Below, in pieces: positions 31,134 to 42,218 of a stretch of DNA of 64,000 bases. Numbering within the stretch: the stretch's first letter is position 1; every line of letters starts with the position of its first letter. The stretch lies in the NCBI RefSeq assembly GCF_058153355.1, contig NZ_CM177019.1; one strand, written 5' to 3'. A model generated the notes under the pieces. That model did no database searches, was not told where the DNA came from, and worked only from the letters and a program-made list of their open reading frames with translations. The translations under genes were made by a program, and so were the position numbers.

Positions 31134-33184
31134 TCCGCACTCCTGCGTTTTTCTTTTTGAGGTGCATAAATTTGCTGCCAGGCGATTGGATTGTCCCAAA
31201 CGTTGTCATCCTCTGCTGCCAGGTGAAAACTGGTTCCCAAGTCATCTGTTCCGTTATCACCAAAGAGATCGGCATACTTTTTCTGGTATTTCACCTCACG
31301 TACAAATTGAAGATCTGGTGCTTCCTCTTTTTGGTTATCAGCCAGTACCATGCGAATTTTTTGCCAGTCATTGTAAAAATATTCTTCCAGCAATGGTAGT
31401 ATCTTATTTCGCATAATCCGTTTGAATCTTTCAAATGCCAGAGCTTCGTCTTCTTTTGCCTGCACAACAGGGATAAAAAAAGCATGCCCCAGCATATGTT
31501 CTCTATCGTATAAAACCTGGATGCGATCGTTAAGCGTCTGCAATAGACGAGGCAGATCAATACCTTTAATGACAGTATCTTTCAGAACAGTAATATCTGG
31601 CAGCATCGCTTCAAAATCAAATCTGCGACGTAGTGCAGTATCAAGTGCAGTAAGCGAATGATCAGCAGTGTTCATGGTACCAATTAAATAAAGGTTATTC
31701 GGTACACTAAATGGAGTGGAAGAGTATGGCAGCAATACGCTAAGCGATTCTGGCTCACCAGCCCGTTTAGATGGCTCAATAAGGGTAATTAGTTCACCAA
31801 AAATTTTTGAAATATTACCCCGATTTATTTCATCAATAATGAGAACATAGTTTTCCTTTTTTTCTGAAGCTACGCTCTGAGTATTCAGAGGCAGATAACG
31901 TTGATTAATTAAATAGTTAAGGATACTGCGTACATAAGATGGATTATGTACTTTTGCTCGTGGATCCTGATAAACTTGCCGAATATCCTTCAAATAGGCA
32001 TTGTAACCCTGTCCTAAATCCTCTTTTTTCGATTGTGACGGAAAAATTCCAAAGTTGGTTTGACTTTTATACGTCAGCTGGAAGGCCTTACCCTGTTGTG
32101 TTTCCAGCGTGATATTTTCACCTTCAGATAAACGTTCTTGTAGGCGAGTAAGTGCGCTATCCAACATTTCCTGCGCACCAGCATGACCAAAGGCGGCATC
32201 CTCGCATATCTGTTTAAAAATACCTGCCTTTATTTCGTATTTTACATTACCGTCATCAGTAGTCTCAGCTCTTAAACCTTCAATAAACTCTTCATAACCA
32301 AAGCTCTGATGAAAGGTGATAAAACGCACTCGATTATCTTTGATAAGCTGATCATAAATCTTTTTCAACTCGCGACGTTTTTCACTCTCATCCTTACCCT
32401 CCTGCAGGGAGTAAGCGATCGGATCACAAATTTGTACAGCAAGCTCAATAGTACGATATGTTTTACCTGTACCTGGCGGGCCATAGAGAATTGTGTTTTT
32501 AGGCAATGGCGAACTTATAACATCATCTTCTTGCTCATTTTCTTGTAAAGCACTTTCGCTTCCAACTAAACCGATAGCATTTTTATCCTGAATTTCATAC
32601 GCATAGAGATGCCAAAGTGACATATTCAGCTCAATAGGGTCGATATCATCACCCAGCGCACGATTTAGCGTTTCTTTAAGATCAACATTGCGAGCCAGCC
32701 ACTCCCGTTCTCCGGAAAGACCTAGCTGGAAATGGTTGTTGCAATAATTGTAGCAACTAAAAAAATTATTAACATTCACGACACTGCTAATTTTTGATGG
32801 GTATATTGCTGCAAAAGCACGATTACAAAGAGCCCTATATACCTTATTTAATACTCCGTCCGCTTTAAGTTTGATAAGACGTTCAATGACCCGATTATAA
32901 TTTTCTTGTGTACACTCTTCTGCTATCTGACGGGTGAGCGTTAGAAGGTCTTTTTGTGCATTTTCAAATTCAACCAATGACATCCCACCTTGCATCAGGC
33001 TGGAGACACCATTGTCACGTTCATACCATACCTGCCGAATCGTGGCTTCAGAAAAGTTTGGTTTTTCGGCCTGAATCTGTTCTACAAGCTCGCGGTAGTG
33101 TTTGCCCCAAACTGAATTGTATTGATTATTTTTTTCAATTTGAGCACGAAAGAAGGGGGCTAATGCTGATGAATCCTGAACCAT
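31130..33184 (-). CDS. McrB-like AAA+ GTPase subunit (684 aa) with a divergent ~230-aa N-terminal domain
   Basis: Walker A LYGPPGTGKTY and McrB-signature MNTADHS...RRRF motifs; N-terminal region has no resemblance to the K-12 McrB DNA-binding domain. Confidence 0.78.
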   Translation of the reverse strand: MVQDSSALAPFFRAQIEKNNQYNSVWGKHYRELVEQIQAEKPNFSEATIRQVWYERDNGVSSLMQGGMSLVEFENAQKDLLTLTRQIAEECTQENYNRVIERLIKLKADGVLNKVYRALCNRAFAAIYPSKISSVVNVNNFFSCYNYCNNHFQLGLSGEREWLARNVDLKETLNRALGDDIDPIELNMSLWHLYAYEIQDKNAIGLVGSESALQENEQEDDVISSPLPKNTILYGPPGTGKTYRTIELAVQICDPIAYSLQEGKDESEKRRELKKIYDQLIKDNRVRFITFHQSFGYEEFIEGLRAETTDDGNVKYEIKAGIFKQICEDAAFGHAGAQEMLDSALTRLQERLSEGENITLETQQGKAFQLTYKSQTNFGIFPSQSKKEDLGQGYNAYLKDIRQVYQDPRAKVHNPSYVRSILNYLINQRYLPLNTQSVASEKKENYVLIIDEINRGNISKIFGELITLIEPSKRAGEPESLSVLLPYSSTPFSVPNNLYLIGTMNTADHSLTALDTALRRRFDFEAMLPDITVLKDTVIKGIDLPRLLQTLNDRIQVLYDREHMLGHAFFIPVVQAKEDEALAFERFKRIMRNKILPLLEEYFYNDWQKIRMVLADNQKEEAPDLQFVREVKYQKKYADLFGDNGTDDLGTSFHLAAEDDNVWDNPIAWQQIYAPQKEKRRSAE

Positions 33185-33542
33185 CTCTTAATCCAATATG
33201 TAGGGGGGAGGGAAATTGGGATAGCCTTATCTTATCGGATTAATCTCAAAAATGTTAAATTTTATGATAAAAAAAAACTTTCATCCTGAAATTACCTTCT
33301 GCCCTGGAGCCGCCACATTTATCTGATGACTTTGAACTGCAAAACGCATGGTGTTGGTGGTTCTCAGAGAAGGCCATAGCATTCTTTCAGACGTAAAATC
33401 GCTACTCGTTTTTCAACCTGTGTGCATTTTCTAGTTGCATAGGGAATCAACTGTTTTTCAGGTAGGTATTGTTTACAGTAAATGGATATGCCGAAATTCA
33501 GAGGGTTCCAGTAACGACATTTTGACAGCAAACATACGACAT

Positions 33543-34376
33543 TCATTTTGCTGATAACGCTGACGGATAGTGCTTCGCCACAATGTCATTCATCTTATCC
33601 ACCAGATCCAGTCGCTTGAATGTGATGTGTCCACTGCCTTTCTGGTAATAGCGGATGACAAATAAATCGTCATTAAATACCTGCTCATGCGGGTGAGCAC
33701 TAACGAAGTCCATAAACCGAATCGCAACATCATGCCGGTTATCGGGAATGGCCTTCCCATCCAGCAGATAGAACATCCGTTCCAGATCGGCAAGCTGATC
33801 TCGCCGCCAGCCCCAGTGCAGGCTGTAACCCCATCGGTCATGCTTCACCAGATTGTTAACGATAATCTTCTTACCGAAATAACAGGGATTATTGGTTTTG
33901 TAATCCCAGCTCAATCCCTTAAATACATTGATAATCCCACGTTCGAAAACGTCATGCTTATTGTGGTGGAGTTGTTCAAAGGTACTCAGGATGTTGGCTT
34001 CGCTAATCGCCGGGAGATCGCCCTCCTCCAGGTTCTTTGCCCACTGACTGCGGGCTTCGGCATCCATCAGAGTCAACATCCCGGACTTCAGCATGAGATC
34101 GCGCCAGATGCTGCGATCGATATTGCGGGTGATCGCCGACATCGCTTTGTCGGTTGGTTGCATCAGCCAGCAGTCAAAGGCATATCCATTACGCATTCCC
34201 CAGGTTCCAGCCACATCACCGCCAATACTGGATGTCAGACTGGAGATATCATCCAGTTTTTGGATTAGCGTCGCTATCAGCTTCAGTGCGCTATCACGTC
34301 CTGTGACGATACGCTCAATATTGGTCGAGCGAATTATCTCGTTGTGATCGGTTAAGACTTCAGCTTCTGTTTGCAT
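33543..34376 (-). CDS. Hypothetical protein (277 aa), same strand and upstream of the McrBC-like pair; possibly a DUF4942-type protein (low confidence)
   Basis: Uninterrupted ORF, no recognised catalytic motif; located inside the defence island. Confidence 0.5.
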   Translation of the reverse strand: MQTEAEVLTDHNEIIRSTNIERIVTGRDSALKLIATLIQKLDDISSLTSSIGGDVAGTWGMRNGYAFDCWLMQPTDKAMSAITRNIDRSIWRDLMLKSGMLTLMDAEARSQWAKNLEEGDLPAISEANILSTFEQLHHNKHDVFERGIINVFKGLSWDYKTNNPCYFGKKIIVNNLVKHDRWGYSLHWGWRRDQLADLERMFYLLDGKAIPDNRHDVAIRFMDFVSAHPHEQVFNDDLFVIRYYQKGSGHITFKRLDLVDKMNDIVAKHYPSALSAK

Positions 34377-34682
34377 AATCTTTCATCCGTAAAAAAATAC
34401 ACTCGCCGTTAGTAGCAGACGGATTATCCTCTGGTGAAAGATTGGGTAAATAATGAGATTGAAAATCGGGAAGGTGACTCGCAATAAATTATCTGATCAC
34501 CTACGGATGGACGATGGGCATATAAAATAGCCTCCTGACTCAAACGGTGAATGCTGAATAAGATGCACTAACAATCTGGTACTGAATCCCCTCCTCACCG
34601 TCATACAAATCTGAAAAACCAAAAAACTTCCGGTAAAATCCCGGCAAAAGCCGACGTTAAAAACACATTCAAAGGATAAAAA

Positions 34683-36239
34683 ATGACCAGTCTTCAGCAG
34701 CGCGCGGAGCTTCATCGCCAAATCTGGCAAATTGCTAACGATGTCAGAGGTTCGGTCGATGGATGGGATTTTAAGCAATACGTTCTGGGCGCGCTTTTCT
34801 ACCGTTTTATCAGCGAAAATTTTTCCAGCTATATTGAAGCCGGTGATGACAGCATCTGTTATGCGAAACTGGATGACAGCGTAATTACTGATGACATTAA
34901 AGACGATGCCATCAAAACCAAAGGCTACTTCATCTACCCAAGTCAGCTTTTCTGCAACGTAGCTGCGAAAGCAAATACCAATGACAGACTGAACGCAGAT
35001 TTAAACAGCATCTTCGTTGCTATCGAAAGTTCTGCTTACGGTTACCCTTCAGAAGCTGACATCAAAGGTTTGTTTGCTGATTTCGATACCACCAGTAACC
35101 GCCTGGGTAATACCGTTAAGGATAAAAATGCCCGCCTGGCCGCGGTTCTGAAAGGGGTTGAAGGGTTAAAGCTTGGCGACTTTAACGAACATCAGATTGA
35201 CCTGTTCGGCGATGCCTATGAGTTCCTGATTTCTAACTATGCGGCGAATGCCGGTAAGTCAGGCGGCGAGTTCTTTACACCGCAGCACGTCTCTAAGCTG
35301 ATTGCACAACTGGCTATGCACGGGCAGACCCACGTTAACAAAATCTACGACCCGGCAGCGGGTTCCGGTTCGCTGTTGTTGCAGGCTAAAAAGCAGTTTG
35401 ATGACCACATCATCGAAGAAGGTTTTTTTGGTCAGGAAATCAACCATACGACCTATAACCTGGCGCGTATGAACATGTTTTTGCACAACATCAACTACGA
35501 CAAGTTTGATATCAAGTTGGGCAATACGCTGACTGAGCCGCACTTCAGAGATGAAAAACCGTTTGACGCCATCGTATCTAACCCACCGTATTCGGTGAAA
35601 TGGATAGGCAGCGATGACCCGACGCTGATTAACGATGAACGTTTTGCCCCGGCTGGCGTCCTGGCCCCCAAATCAAAAGCTGACTTCGCCTTTGTACTAC
35701 ATGCGCTGAACTATCTTTCTGCCAAAGGTCGTGCTGCGATTGTCTGCTTCCCGGGTATTTTTTACCGTGGCGGCGCAGAGCAGAAAATCCGTCAGTATCT
35801 GGTTGATAATAACTATGTCGAAACCGTGATTTCACTGGCTCCGAACCTGTTCTTTGGCACCACCATTGCCGTCAATATTCTGGTGTTGTCTAAACATAAA
35901 ACCGATACCAAAGTTCAGTTTATTGACGCCAGCGAACTATTCAAAAAAGAGACTAACAACAACATTCTGACCGATGCCCATATCGAACAGATTATGCAGG
36001 TATTTGCCAGCAAGGAAGATGTTGCTCATCTGGCGAAATCTGTCGCGTTTGAGACCGTTGTCGCTAATGACTATAACCTGTCGGTAAGCAGCTATGTGGA
36101 AGCGAAAGATAACCGCGAAATTATCGATATCAGTGAGCTGAATGCTGAGCTGAAAACCACGGTCAGCAAAATCGACCAGTTGCGTAAAGATATTGATGCG
36201 ATTGTGGCTGAAATTGAAGGCTGCGAGGTGCAGAAATGA
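34683..36239 (+). CDS. hsdM: Type I restriction-modification system methyltransferase subunit HsdM (type IC, EcoR124-like)
   Basis: 518 aa; N6-adenine MTase motifs ([10 protein letters not shown] motif I; IVSNPPYS motif IV); closely resembles recalled EcoR124I HsdM. Confidence 0.93.
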   Translation: MTSLQQRAELHRQIWQIANDVRGSVDGWDFKQYVLGALFYRFISENFSSYIEAGDDSICYAKLDDSVITDDIKDDAIKTKGYFIYPSQLFCNVAAKANTNDRLNADLNSIFVAIESSAYGYPSEADIKGLFADFDTTSNRLGNTVKDKNARLAAVLKGVEGLKLGDFNEHQIDLFGDAYEFLISNYAANAGKSGGEFFTPQHVSKLIAQLAMHGQTHVNKIYDPAAGSGSLLLQAKKQFDDHIIEEGFFGQEINHTTYNLARMNMFLHNINYDKFDIKLGNTLTEPHFRDEKPFDAIVSNPPYSVKWIGSDDPTLINDERFAPAGVLAPKSKADFAFVLHALNYLSAKGRAAIVCFPGIFYRGGAEQKIRQYLVDNNYVETVISLAPNLFFGTTIAVNILVLSKHKTDTKVQFIDASELFKKETNNNILTDAHIEQIMQVFASKEDVAHLAKSVAFETVVANDYNLSVSSYVEAKDNREIIDISELNAELKTTVSKIDQLRKDIDAIVAEIEGCEVQK

Positions 36240-37390
36240 ACGAGTTGAGTTATCTGGAAAAATTACTGGATGGGGTTGAGGTTGAGTGGTTGCCATTGGC
36301 TAAAGTTTGTCGTTTAATAAACGGGAGAGCATATAAGCAAGAAGAACTGCTTTCCAAAGGCAAATATCCAGTATTAAGAGTCGGTAATTTTTTTACTAAC
36401 CAAAATTGGTATTACTCAGATTTAGAATTAGATCAAGACAAGTATTGTGATAACGGTGACCTTTTATATGCTTGGTCCGCATCATTTGGTCCAAGAATTT
36501 GGCATGGGGGTAAATCTATTTACCATTATCACATATGGAAAGTGGTTCCAGATTCGAATCTTATTTGTAAACAGTTTCTATATTACTTGTTACAATGGGA
36601 TACTAAAGCACTTAAAGATGCACATAGCACTGGTTCTACTATGATGCACATCAGCAAAACTACAATTGAAAAAAGGTTAGTCCCCATCCCCTGCCCGGAT
36701 AATCCGGAAAAATCCCTTGCCATCCAGTCTGAAATCGTTCGGATTCTGGATAAATTTACTGCACTTACCGCTGAGCTTACCGCTGAGCTTAATATGCGAA
36801 AAAAACAGTACAACTACTATCTCGACCAGTTACTGAATCTTGAGGGTAGGGAAAATACTCGAGAAATGAGGATAGGTGATATTTATGATTTTCAGTATGG
36901 AACAGGCAATACAATTCCTAAATCTGGAGGGCAATATCCTGTTTATGGTAGCAACGGGATTGTAGGCTCCCATGACAAATATAACAGCGAAGACTCACCT
37001 GTTATTGGCCATATAGGTGCTTACGCAGGAATCGTTAACTGGGGCCAGGGTAAGCATTTTGTTACATACAACGGAGTTATTTGTAGGCACAAATCGAAGG
37101 AAGTTCTTCAAAAATACGCCTACTATTTATTACTTTTACAAGATTTCGGTTCAAAATCTAATAGTGCATCACAGCCTTTTGTTTCATATAACATATTAAA
37201 TGCTCCTATTGTTTTGGTTCCCCCTTTACAAGAGCAAGCTCGTATCGTCGCAATACTCGATAAATTCGACACCCTGACCAACTCCATCACCGAAGGTCTT
37301 CCGCGTGAAATCGAGTTGCGCCAGAAACAATACGAGTACTATCGTGATTTACTGTTCAGTTTCCCAAAACCTGAAACTCTCAGTAATTAA
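36236..37390 (+). CDS. hsdS: Type I R-M specificity subunit HsdS (type IC) with two target-recognition domains
   Basis: 384 aa; conserved central ([35 protein letters not shown]) and C-terminal ([33 protein letters not shown]) type IC regions flanking variable TRDs; 4-bp overlap with hsdM. Confidence 0.9.
   Translation: MNELSYLEKLLDGVEVEWLPLAKVCRLINGRAYKQEELLSKGKYPVLRVGNFFTNQNWYYSDLELDQDKYCDNGDLLYAWSASFGPRIWHGGKSIYHYHIWKVVPDSNLICKQFLYYLLQWDTKALKDAHSTGSTMMHISKTTIEKRLVPIPCPDNPEKSLAIQSEIVRILDKFTALTAELTAELNMRKKQYNYYLDQLLNLEGRENTREMRIGDIYDFQYGTGNTIPKSGGQYPVYGSNGIVGSHDKYNSEDSPVIGHIGAYAGIVNWGQGKHFVTYNGVICRHKSKEVLQKYAYYLLLLQDFGSKSNSASQPFVSYNILNAPIVLVPPLQEQARIVAILDKFDTLTNSITEGLPREIELRQKQYEYYRDLLFSFPKPETLSN
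36764..36787 (+). repeat. Two tandem copies of a 12-bp unit (CTTACCGCTGAG) encoding TAEL-TAEL in the HsdS central conserved region
   Basis: Perfect 12-bp tandem duplication seen in sequence; in type IC systems the copy number of this repeat sets the spacer length of the recognition site. Confidence 0.85.
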
Positions 37391-37511
37391 TTGACCATTA
37401 TTACAGACCGGACCATCTTAATATCCGGTCAGTATATAGACTATTTTTTACACGCCGGAAGTCACCATTAACCCCCTTCCGGCCCTTGCCAGACGGCACA
37501 AAGGATGCGCT

Positions 37512-40500
37512 ATGACTCATCAAACACACACCATTGCTGAATCCAATAACTTTATCGTTCTTGATAAGTACATCAAAGCTGAGCAAACAGGCGACAGCTA
37601 TCAGAGCGAATCGGACCTGGAACGTGAACTGATTCAGGACCTGCAAAATCAGGGCTATGAATTTATACCCGTAAAATCACAGTCAGCGATGCTGGCCAAC
37701 GTTCGGGAACAGCTTCAGAGCCTCAATGGTGTGGTGTTTAATGACAGCGAGTGGCGGCGTTTCACGGAGCAGTATCTGGATAACCCGAGCGATGGCATTC
37801 TGGATAAGACCCGTAAAATCCATATCGACTATATTTGCGACTTTATTTTTGATGACGAGCGACTTGAGAACATCTATTTGATAGATAAAAAGAATCTCAT
37901 GCGCAATAAGGTGCAGATTATCCAGCAGTTTGAACAGGCGGGTTCCCACTCTAACCGCTATGATGTCACGATCCTGATTAATGGCTTACCACTGGTACAA
38001 ATCGAACTGAAAAAGCGCGGCGTGGCGATTCGTGAGGCTTTCAACCAGATACATCGTTACAGTAAAGAGAGTTTTAACAGCGAAAATTCCCTGTTTAAGT
38101 ATCTGCAACTGTTTGTCATTTCTAACGGCACCGATACCCGTTACTTTGCCAACACCACAAAGCGCGATAAAAATAGTTTTGACTTCACCATGAACTGGGC
38201 GAAATCAGACAACACGCTGATTAAAGACCTCAAAGATTTTACCGCTACCTTTTTCCAGAAACATACTCTGCTTAATGTTCTGGTGAACTACAGCGTGTTC
38301 GATATTAGCCAGACGCTACTGGTGATGCGACCGTACCAGATTGCCGCCACCGAACGAATCTTATGGAAAATCAACAGCTCCTATAAAGCGAAAAACTGGT
38401 CTACCCCCGAAAGCGGTGGCTTTATCTGGCACACCACCGGTTCCGGTAAAACCCTGACCAGCTTTAAAGCTGCGCGTCTGGCAACAGAGCTGGACTTTAT
38501 TGATAAAGTCTTCTTCGTGGTCGACAGAAAAGACCTCGATTACCAGACCATGAAGGAATATCAGCGTTTTTCGCCAGATAGTGTTAACGGTTCGGAAAAT
38601 ACCGCAGGCCTGAAACGAAATCTGGATAAGGACGATAACAAAATTATCGTCACCACTATTCAGAAACTTAATAACCTGATGAAAGCAGAAAGCGACCTGC
38701 CTGTATACAATCAGCAAGTGGTGTTTATATTTGATGAATGTCACCGCAGCCAGTTTGGAGAAGCGCAGAAAAACCTGAAGAAGAAATTCAAACGCTATTA
38801 TCAGTTTGGTTTTACCGGCACACCTATTTTCCCGGAAAACGCTTTAGGCTCAGAAACGACCGCCAGCGTATTTGGTCGTGAATTGCATTCGTATGTGATT
38901 ACCGATGCGATTCGTGATGAAAAAGTGCTCAAATTCAAGGTGGACTATAACGATGTGCGGCCACAATTTAAGTCTTTAGAGACAGAAACCGACGAGAAAA
39001 AACTGAGTGCGGCTGAAAATCAGCAGGCGTTTCTTCATCCCATGCGTATACAGGAAATTACGCAATATATTCTGAATAACTTCCGCCAGAAGACCCACCG
39101 TACTTTCCCAGGTTCCAAAGGCTTTAATGCCATGCTGGCAGTGAGTAGCGTGGATGCCGCGAAAGCCTATTACGCGACGTTTAAACGGTTACAAGAGGAA
39201 GCCGCTAATAAATCTGCTACCTATAAACCACTACGTGTTGCGACAATCTTCTCCTTTGCCGCTAATGAAGAACAAAATGCCATTGGTGAAATTTCCGATG
39301 AAACTTTTGATACCAGCGCAATGGACAGCAGTGCTAAAGAGTTTCTCGACGCTGCAATTCGTGAATATAACAGCTATTTTAAAACTAACTTCAGTACCGA
39401 CAGTAACGGTTTTCAGAACTACTATCGTGATTTAGCCCAACGGGTTAAAAATCAGGATATCGATCTGTTAATTGTCGTTGGGATGTTTTTAACCGGCTTC
39501 GACGCTCCAACATTGAACACGCTATTCGTCGATAAAAACTTGCGTTTTCACGGCCTGATGCAGGCATTTTCCCGCACCAACCGCATTTATGACGCCACTA
39601 AAACCTTCGGTAACATCGTCACTTTTCGGGATCTGGAACGCTCAACCATTGATGCCATAACGCTGTTTGGTGATAAAAATACCAAAAATGTGGTGTTAGA
39701 AAAGAGTTATGCCGAGTATATGGAAGGCTTTACAGATGCTGCCACTGGTGAAGCTAAACGCGGCTTTATGGCAGTAGTTTCAGAACTGGAACAACGGTTC
39801 CCTGACCCTGCCAGTATTGAAAGTGAAAAAGAGAAGAAAGACTTCGTTAAACTGTTTGGTGAATACCTGCGCGCCGAGAACATCCTGCAAAACTATGATG
39901 AATTTGCCACGCTGAAAGCCCTGCAACAAATCGATCTTAGCGATCCTGTTGCGGTAGAAAAATTCAAAGCAGAACATTATGTGGATGATGAAAAGTTTGC
40001 TGAATTACAAACGATTCGTCTCCCTGCTGAACGTAAGATTCAGGATTATCGTTCGGCCTATAACGATATTCGTGACTGGCAGCGCCGCGAGAAAGAAGCT
40101 GACAAAAAAGAAAAATCAACCACTGACTGGGATGACGTGGTTTTTGAGGTCGATTTGCTGAAGTCTCAGGAAATAAACCTGGATTATATCCTTGGACTGA
40201 TTTTCGAACACAACAGACAAAACAAAGGTAAGGGCGAAATGACCGAAGAGGTCAAACGCTTAATTCGTTCGAGCCTTGGGAACCGTGCCAAAGAAGGCCT
40301 GGTGGTCGATTTTATTCAACAAACGAACCTGGATGATTTGCCGGATAAAGCCAGTATCATTGACGCGTTCTTTATCTTTGCTCAACGCGAACAGCAACGT
40401 GAAGCAGAAGCGTTGATTAAAGAAGAAAATCTCAATGAAGAAGCAGCGAAACGCTATATTCGCACGTCTTTAAAACGCGAATACGCCACCGAAAATGGCA

Positions 40501-40628
40501 CAGAATTAAACGAGACGTTACCAAAACTTAGTCCGTTAAACCCGCAATATAAAACGAAAAAACAGACGGTTTTCCAGAAGATCGTCGCGTTTATTGAGAA
40601 GTTTAAAGGTGTAGGCGGGCAGATATAA
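37512..40628 (+). CDS. hsdR: Type I restriction enzyme R subunit HsdR (type IC, EcoR124-like), 1038 aa
   Basis: SF2 helicase motifs ([24 protein letters not shown]) and N-terminal nuclease region; near-identical over long stretches to recalled EcoR124I HsdR. Confidence 0.93.
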   Translation: MTHQTHTIAESNNFIVLDKYIKAEQTGDSYQSESDLERELIQDLQNQGYEFIPVKSQSAMLANVREQLQSLNGVVFNDSEWRRFTEQYLDNPSDGILDKTRKIHIDYICDFIFDDERLENIYLIDKKNLMRNKVQIIQQFEQAGSHSNRYDVTILINGLPLVQIELKKRGVAIREAFNQIHRYSKESFNSENSLFKYLQLFVISNGTDTRYFANTTKRDKNSFDFTMNWAKSDNTLIKDLKDFTATFFQKHTLLNVLVNYSVFDISQTLLVMRPYQIAATERILWKINSSYKAKNWSTPESGGFIWHTTGSGKTLTSFKAARLATELDFIDKVFFVVDRKDLDYQTMKEYQRFSPDSVNGSENTAGLKRNLDKDDNKIIVTTIQKLNNLMKAESDLPVYNQQVVFIFDECHRSQFGEAQKNLKKKFKRYYQFGFTGTPIFPENALGSETTASVFGRELHSYVITDAIRDEKVLKFKVDYNDVRPQFKSLETETDEKKLSAAENQQAFLHPMRIQEITQYILNNFRQKTHRTFPGSKGFNAMLAVSSVDAAKAYYATFKRLQEEAANKSATYKPLRVATIFSFAANEEQNAIGEISDETFDTSAMDSSAKEFLDAAIREYNSYFKTNFSTDSNGFQNYYRDLAQRVKNQDIDLLIVVGMFLTGFDAPTLNTLFVDKNLRFHGLMQAFSRTNRIYDATKTFGNIVTFRDLERSTIDAITLFGDKNTKNVVLEKSYAEYMEGFTDAATGEAKRGFMAVVSELEQRFPDPASIESEKEKKDFVKLFGEYLRAENILQNYDEFATLKALQQIDLSDPVAVEKFKAEHYVDDEKFAELQTIRLPAERKIQDYRSAYNDIRDWQRREKEADKKEKSTTDWDDVVFEVDLLKSQEINLDYILGLIFEHNRQNKGKGEMTEEVKRLIRSSLGNRAKEGLVVDFIQQTNLDDLPDKASIIDAFFIFAQREQQREAEALIKEENLNEEAAKRYIRTSLKREYATENGTELNETLPKLSPLNPQYKTKKQTVFQKIVAFIEKFKGVGGQI

Positions 40629-40852
40629 TGTATTAATCCGAACCTGATCTGGCAGATAGCTGTCAGATCAGGACTGAGCTAATACAAATTAATATCGAAC
40701 CGAAAATACCAACGCCTGTACCAACATTTTTCGTTTGCGATGGGTTGAAATTGGTTGGCTCTGAGAGAGTTAAAATAGCGAGAAAGATAGGTAACTAATG
40801 GATCCCAGACACAAAAAAAGCCGCCCTTGAGCGACTCGATTTGCATACGATG

Positions 40853-40937
40853 TGGTGCCGAAGGCCGGACTCGAACCGGCACGTATTTCTACGGTTGATT
40901 TTGAATCAACTGCGTCTACCGATTTCGCCACTTCGGC
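40853..40937 (-). tRNA. leuX: tRNA-Leu (anticodon CAA), leuX
   Basis: 85-nt sequence on the minus strand matches recalled leuX (GCCGAAGTGGCGAAATCGGTAGACGCAGTTGATTCAAAATCAACCGTAGAAATACGTGCCGGTTCGAGTCCGGCCTTCGGCACCA); its 3' end faces the island. Confidence 0.95.
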
Positions 40938-41132
40938 ACTGAAGAGGTATGCGGAAAACGTTGTGGATTATACCTGTCGCACGCCACCATGCAAGCGCCA
41001 GCTTGCACCCACTTTGCTAAGTGCTGAAATTTTCAGCATTGCATACCGCGATGTGTAACCTTTGTCACACTCCAGGCACCCCGCCCTACCATGCTCTACA
41101 CTTCCCAGACAACACCAGAGAAGGACAAAAAT

Positions 41133-42218
41133 ATGTCGATGATAAAAAGCTATGCCGCAAAAGAGGCTGGCGGCAAACTGGAAGTTTATGAGTACGATCC
41201 CGGTGAACTGAAGCCACAAGATGTCGAAGTGCAGGTGGATTACTGCGGGATCTGCCATTCCGATCTGTCGATGATCGACAACGAATGGGGATTTTCACAG
41301 TATCCGCTGGTTGCCGGGCATGAGGTGATTGGGCGCGTGGTGGCGCTCGGGAGCGCCGCGCAGGATAAAGGTTTGCAGGTCGGTCAGCGTGTCGGGATTG
41401 GCTGGACGGCGCGAAGCTGTGGTCACTGCGATGCCTGTATTAGCGGTAATCAGATCAACTGCGAGCAAGGTGCGGTGCCAACAATTATGAATCGCGGCGG
41501 TTTTGCCGAGAAGTTGCGTGCAGACTGGCAATGGGTGATTCCACTGCCGGAAAATATCGATATCGATTCCGCCGGGCCGCTGCTGTGTGGTGGTATCACG
41601 GTCTTCAAACCACTGTTAATGCACCATATCACTGCCACCAGCCGCGTTGGGGTAATTGGTATTGGCGGGCTGGGGCATATCGCTATAAAACTTCTGCACG
41701 CAATGGGATGCGAGGTAACGGCCTTTAGTTCTAATCCGGCGAAAGAGCAGGAAGTGCTGGCGATGGGTGCCGATAAAGTAGTGAATAGCCGCGATCCGCA
41801 GGCACTGAAAGCACTGGCGGGGCAGTTTGATCTCATTATCAACACCGTCAACGTCAGCCTCGACTGGCAGCCTTATTTTGAGGCGCTGACGTATGGCGGT
41901 AATTTCCATACAGTCGGCGCGGTCCTCACGCCGCTGTCTGTTCCGGCCTTTACGTTAATTGCGGGCGACCGCAGCGTCTCTGGTTCAGCAACAGGTACAC
42001 CTTATGAGCTGCGTAAGCTGATGCACTTTGCCGCCCGCAGCAAGGTTGCGCCGACTACCGAACTGTTCCCTATGTCGAAAATTAACGACGCCATTCAGCA
42101 TGTACGCGATGGTAAAGCGCGCTACCGAGTGGTCCTGAAAGCCGACTTCTGCTCCCTTTGCCGGGTGCCTGTCGCCCGGCTTTTAAATCTCTTTGGAAGG
42201 CGTCTCGCAATCTGCTGA
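41133..42218 (+). CDS. ahr: NADPH-dependent aldehyde reductase Ahr (YjgB), with a 22-codon C-terminal extension relative to the 339-aa K-12 protein
   Basis: Zn-dependent alcohol dehydrogenase family (GHEVIG, GxGGLG); start at [14 protein letters not shown]; no stop after ...VVLKADF. Confidence 0.88.
   Translation: MSMIKSYAAKEAGGKLEVYEYDPGELKPQDVEVQVDYCGICHSDLSMIDNEWGFSQYPLVAGHEVIGRVVALGSAAQDKGLQVGQRVGIGWTARSCGHCDACISGNQINCEQGAVPTIMNRGGFAEKLRADWQWVIPLPENIDIDSAGPLLCGGITVFKPLLMHHITATSRVGVIGIGGLGHIAIKLLHAMGCEVTAFSSNPAKEQEVLAMGADKVVNSRDPQALKALAGQFDLIINTVNVSLDWQPYFEALTYGGNFHTVGAVLTPLSVPAFTLIAGDRSVSGSATGTPYELRKLMHFAARSKVAPTTELFPMSKINDAIQHVRDGKARYRVVLKADFCSLCRVPVARLLNLFGRRLAIC
42160..42184 (+). terminator. 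Intrinsic terminator-like hairpin (GCCGGG-loop-CCCGGC followed by TTTT) lying inside the extended ahr reading frame
   Basis: 6-bp GC stem plus T tract seen in sequence. Confidence 0.5.

Noticed and set aside
34497-34778. 93-aa minus-strand ORF overlapping the hsdM start
   Set aside because: Overlaps the hsdM promoter and start region with no supporting motifs; probably an artefact of the divergent promoter region.
40629-40852. Searched for an integrase gene or a direct repeat of the leuX 3' end marking a classical tRNA-integrated island
   Set aside because: Only ~225 bp of non-coding DNA (with a hairpin, about 40646-40671, that may terminate hsdR) separates hsdR from leuX; no integrase-like ORF and no obvious second copy of the tRNA 3' end were seen by eye, so I do not call an integrative element.
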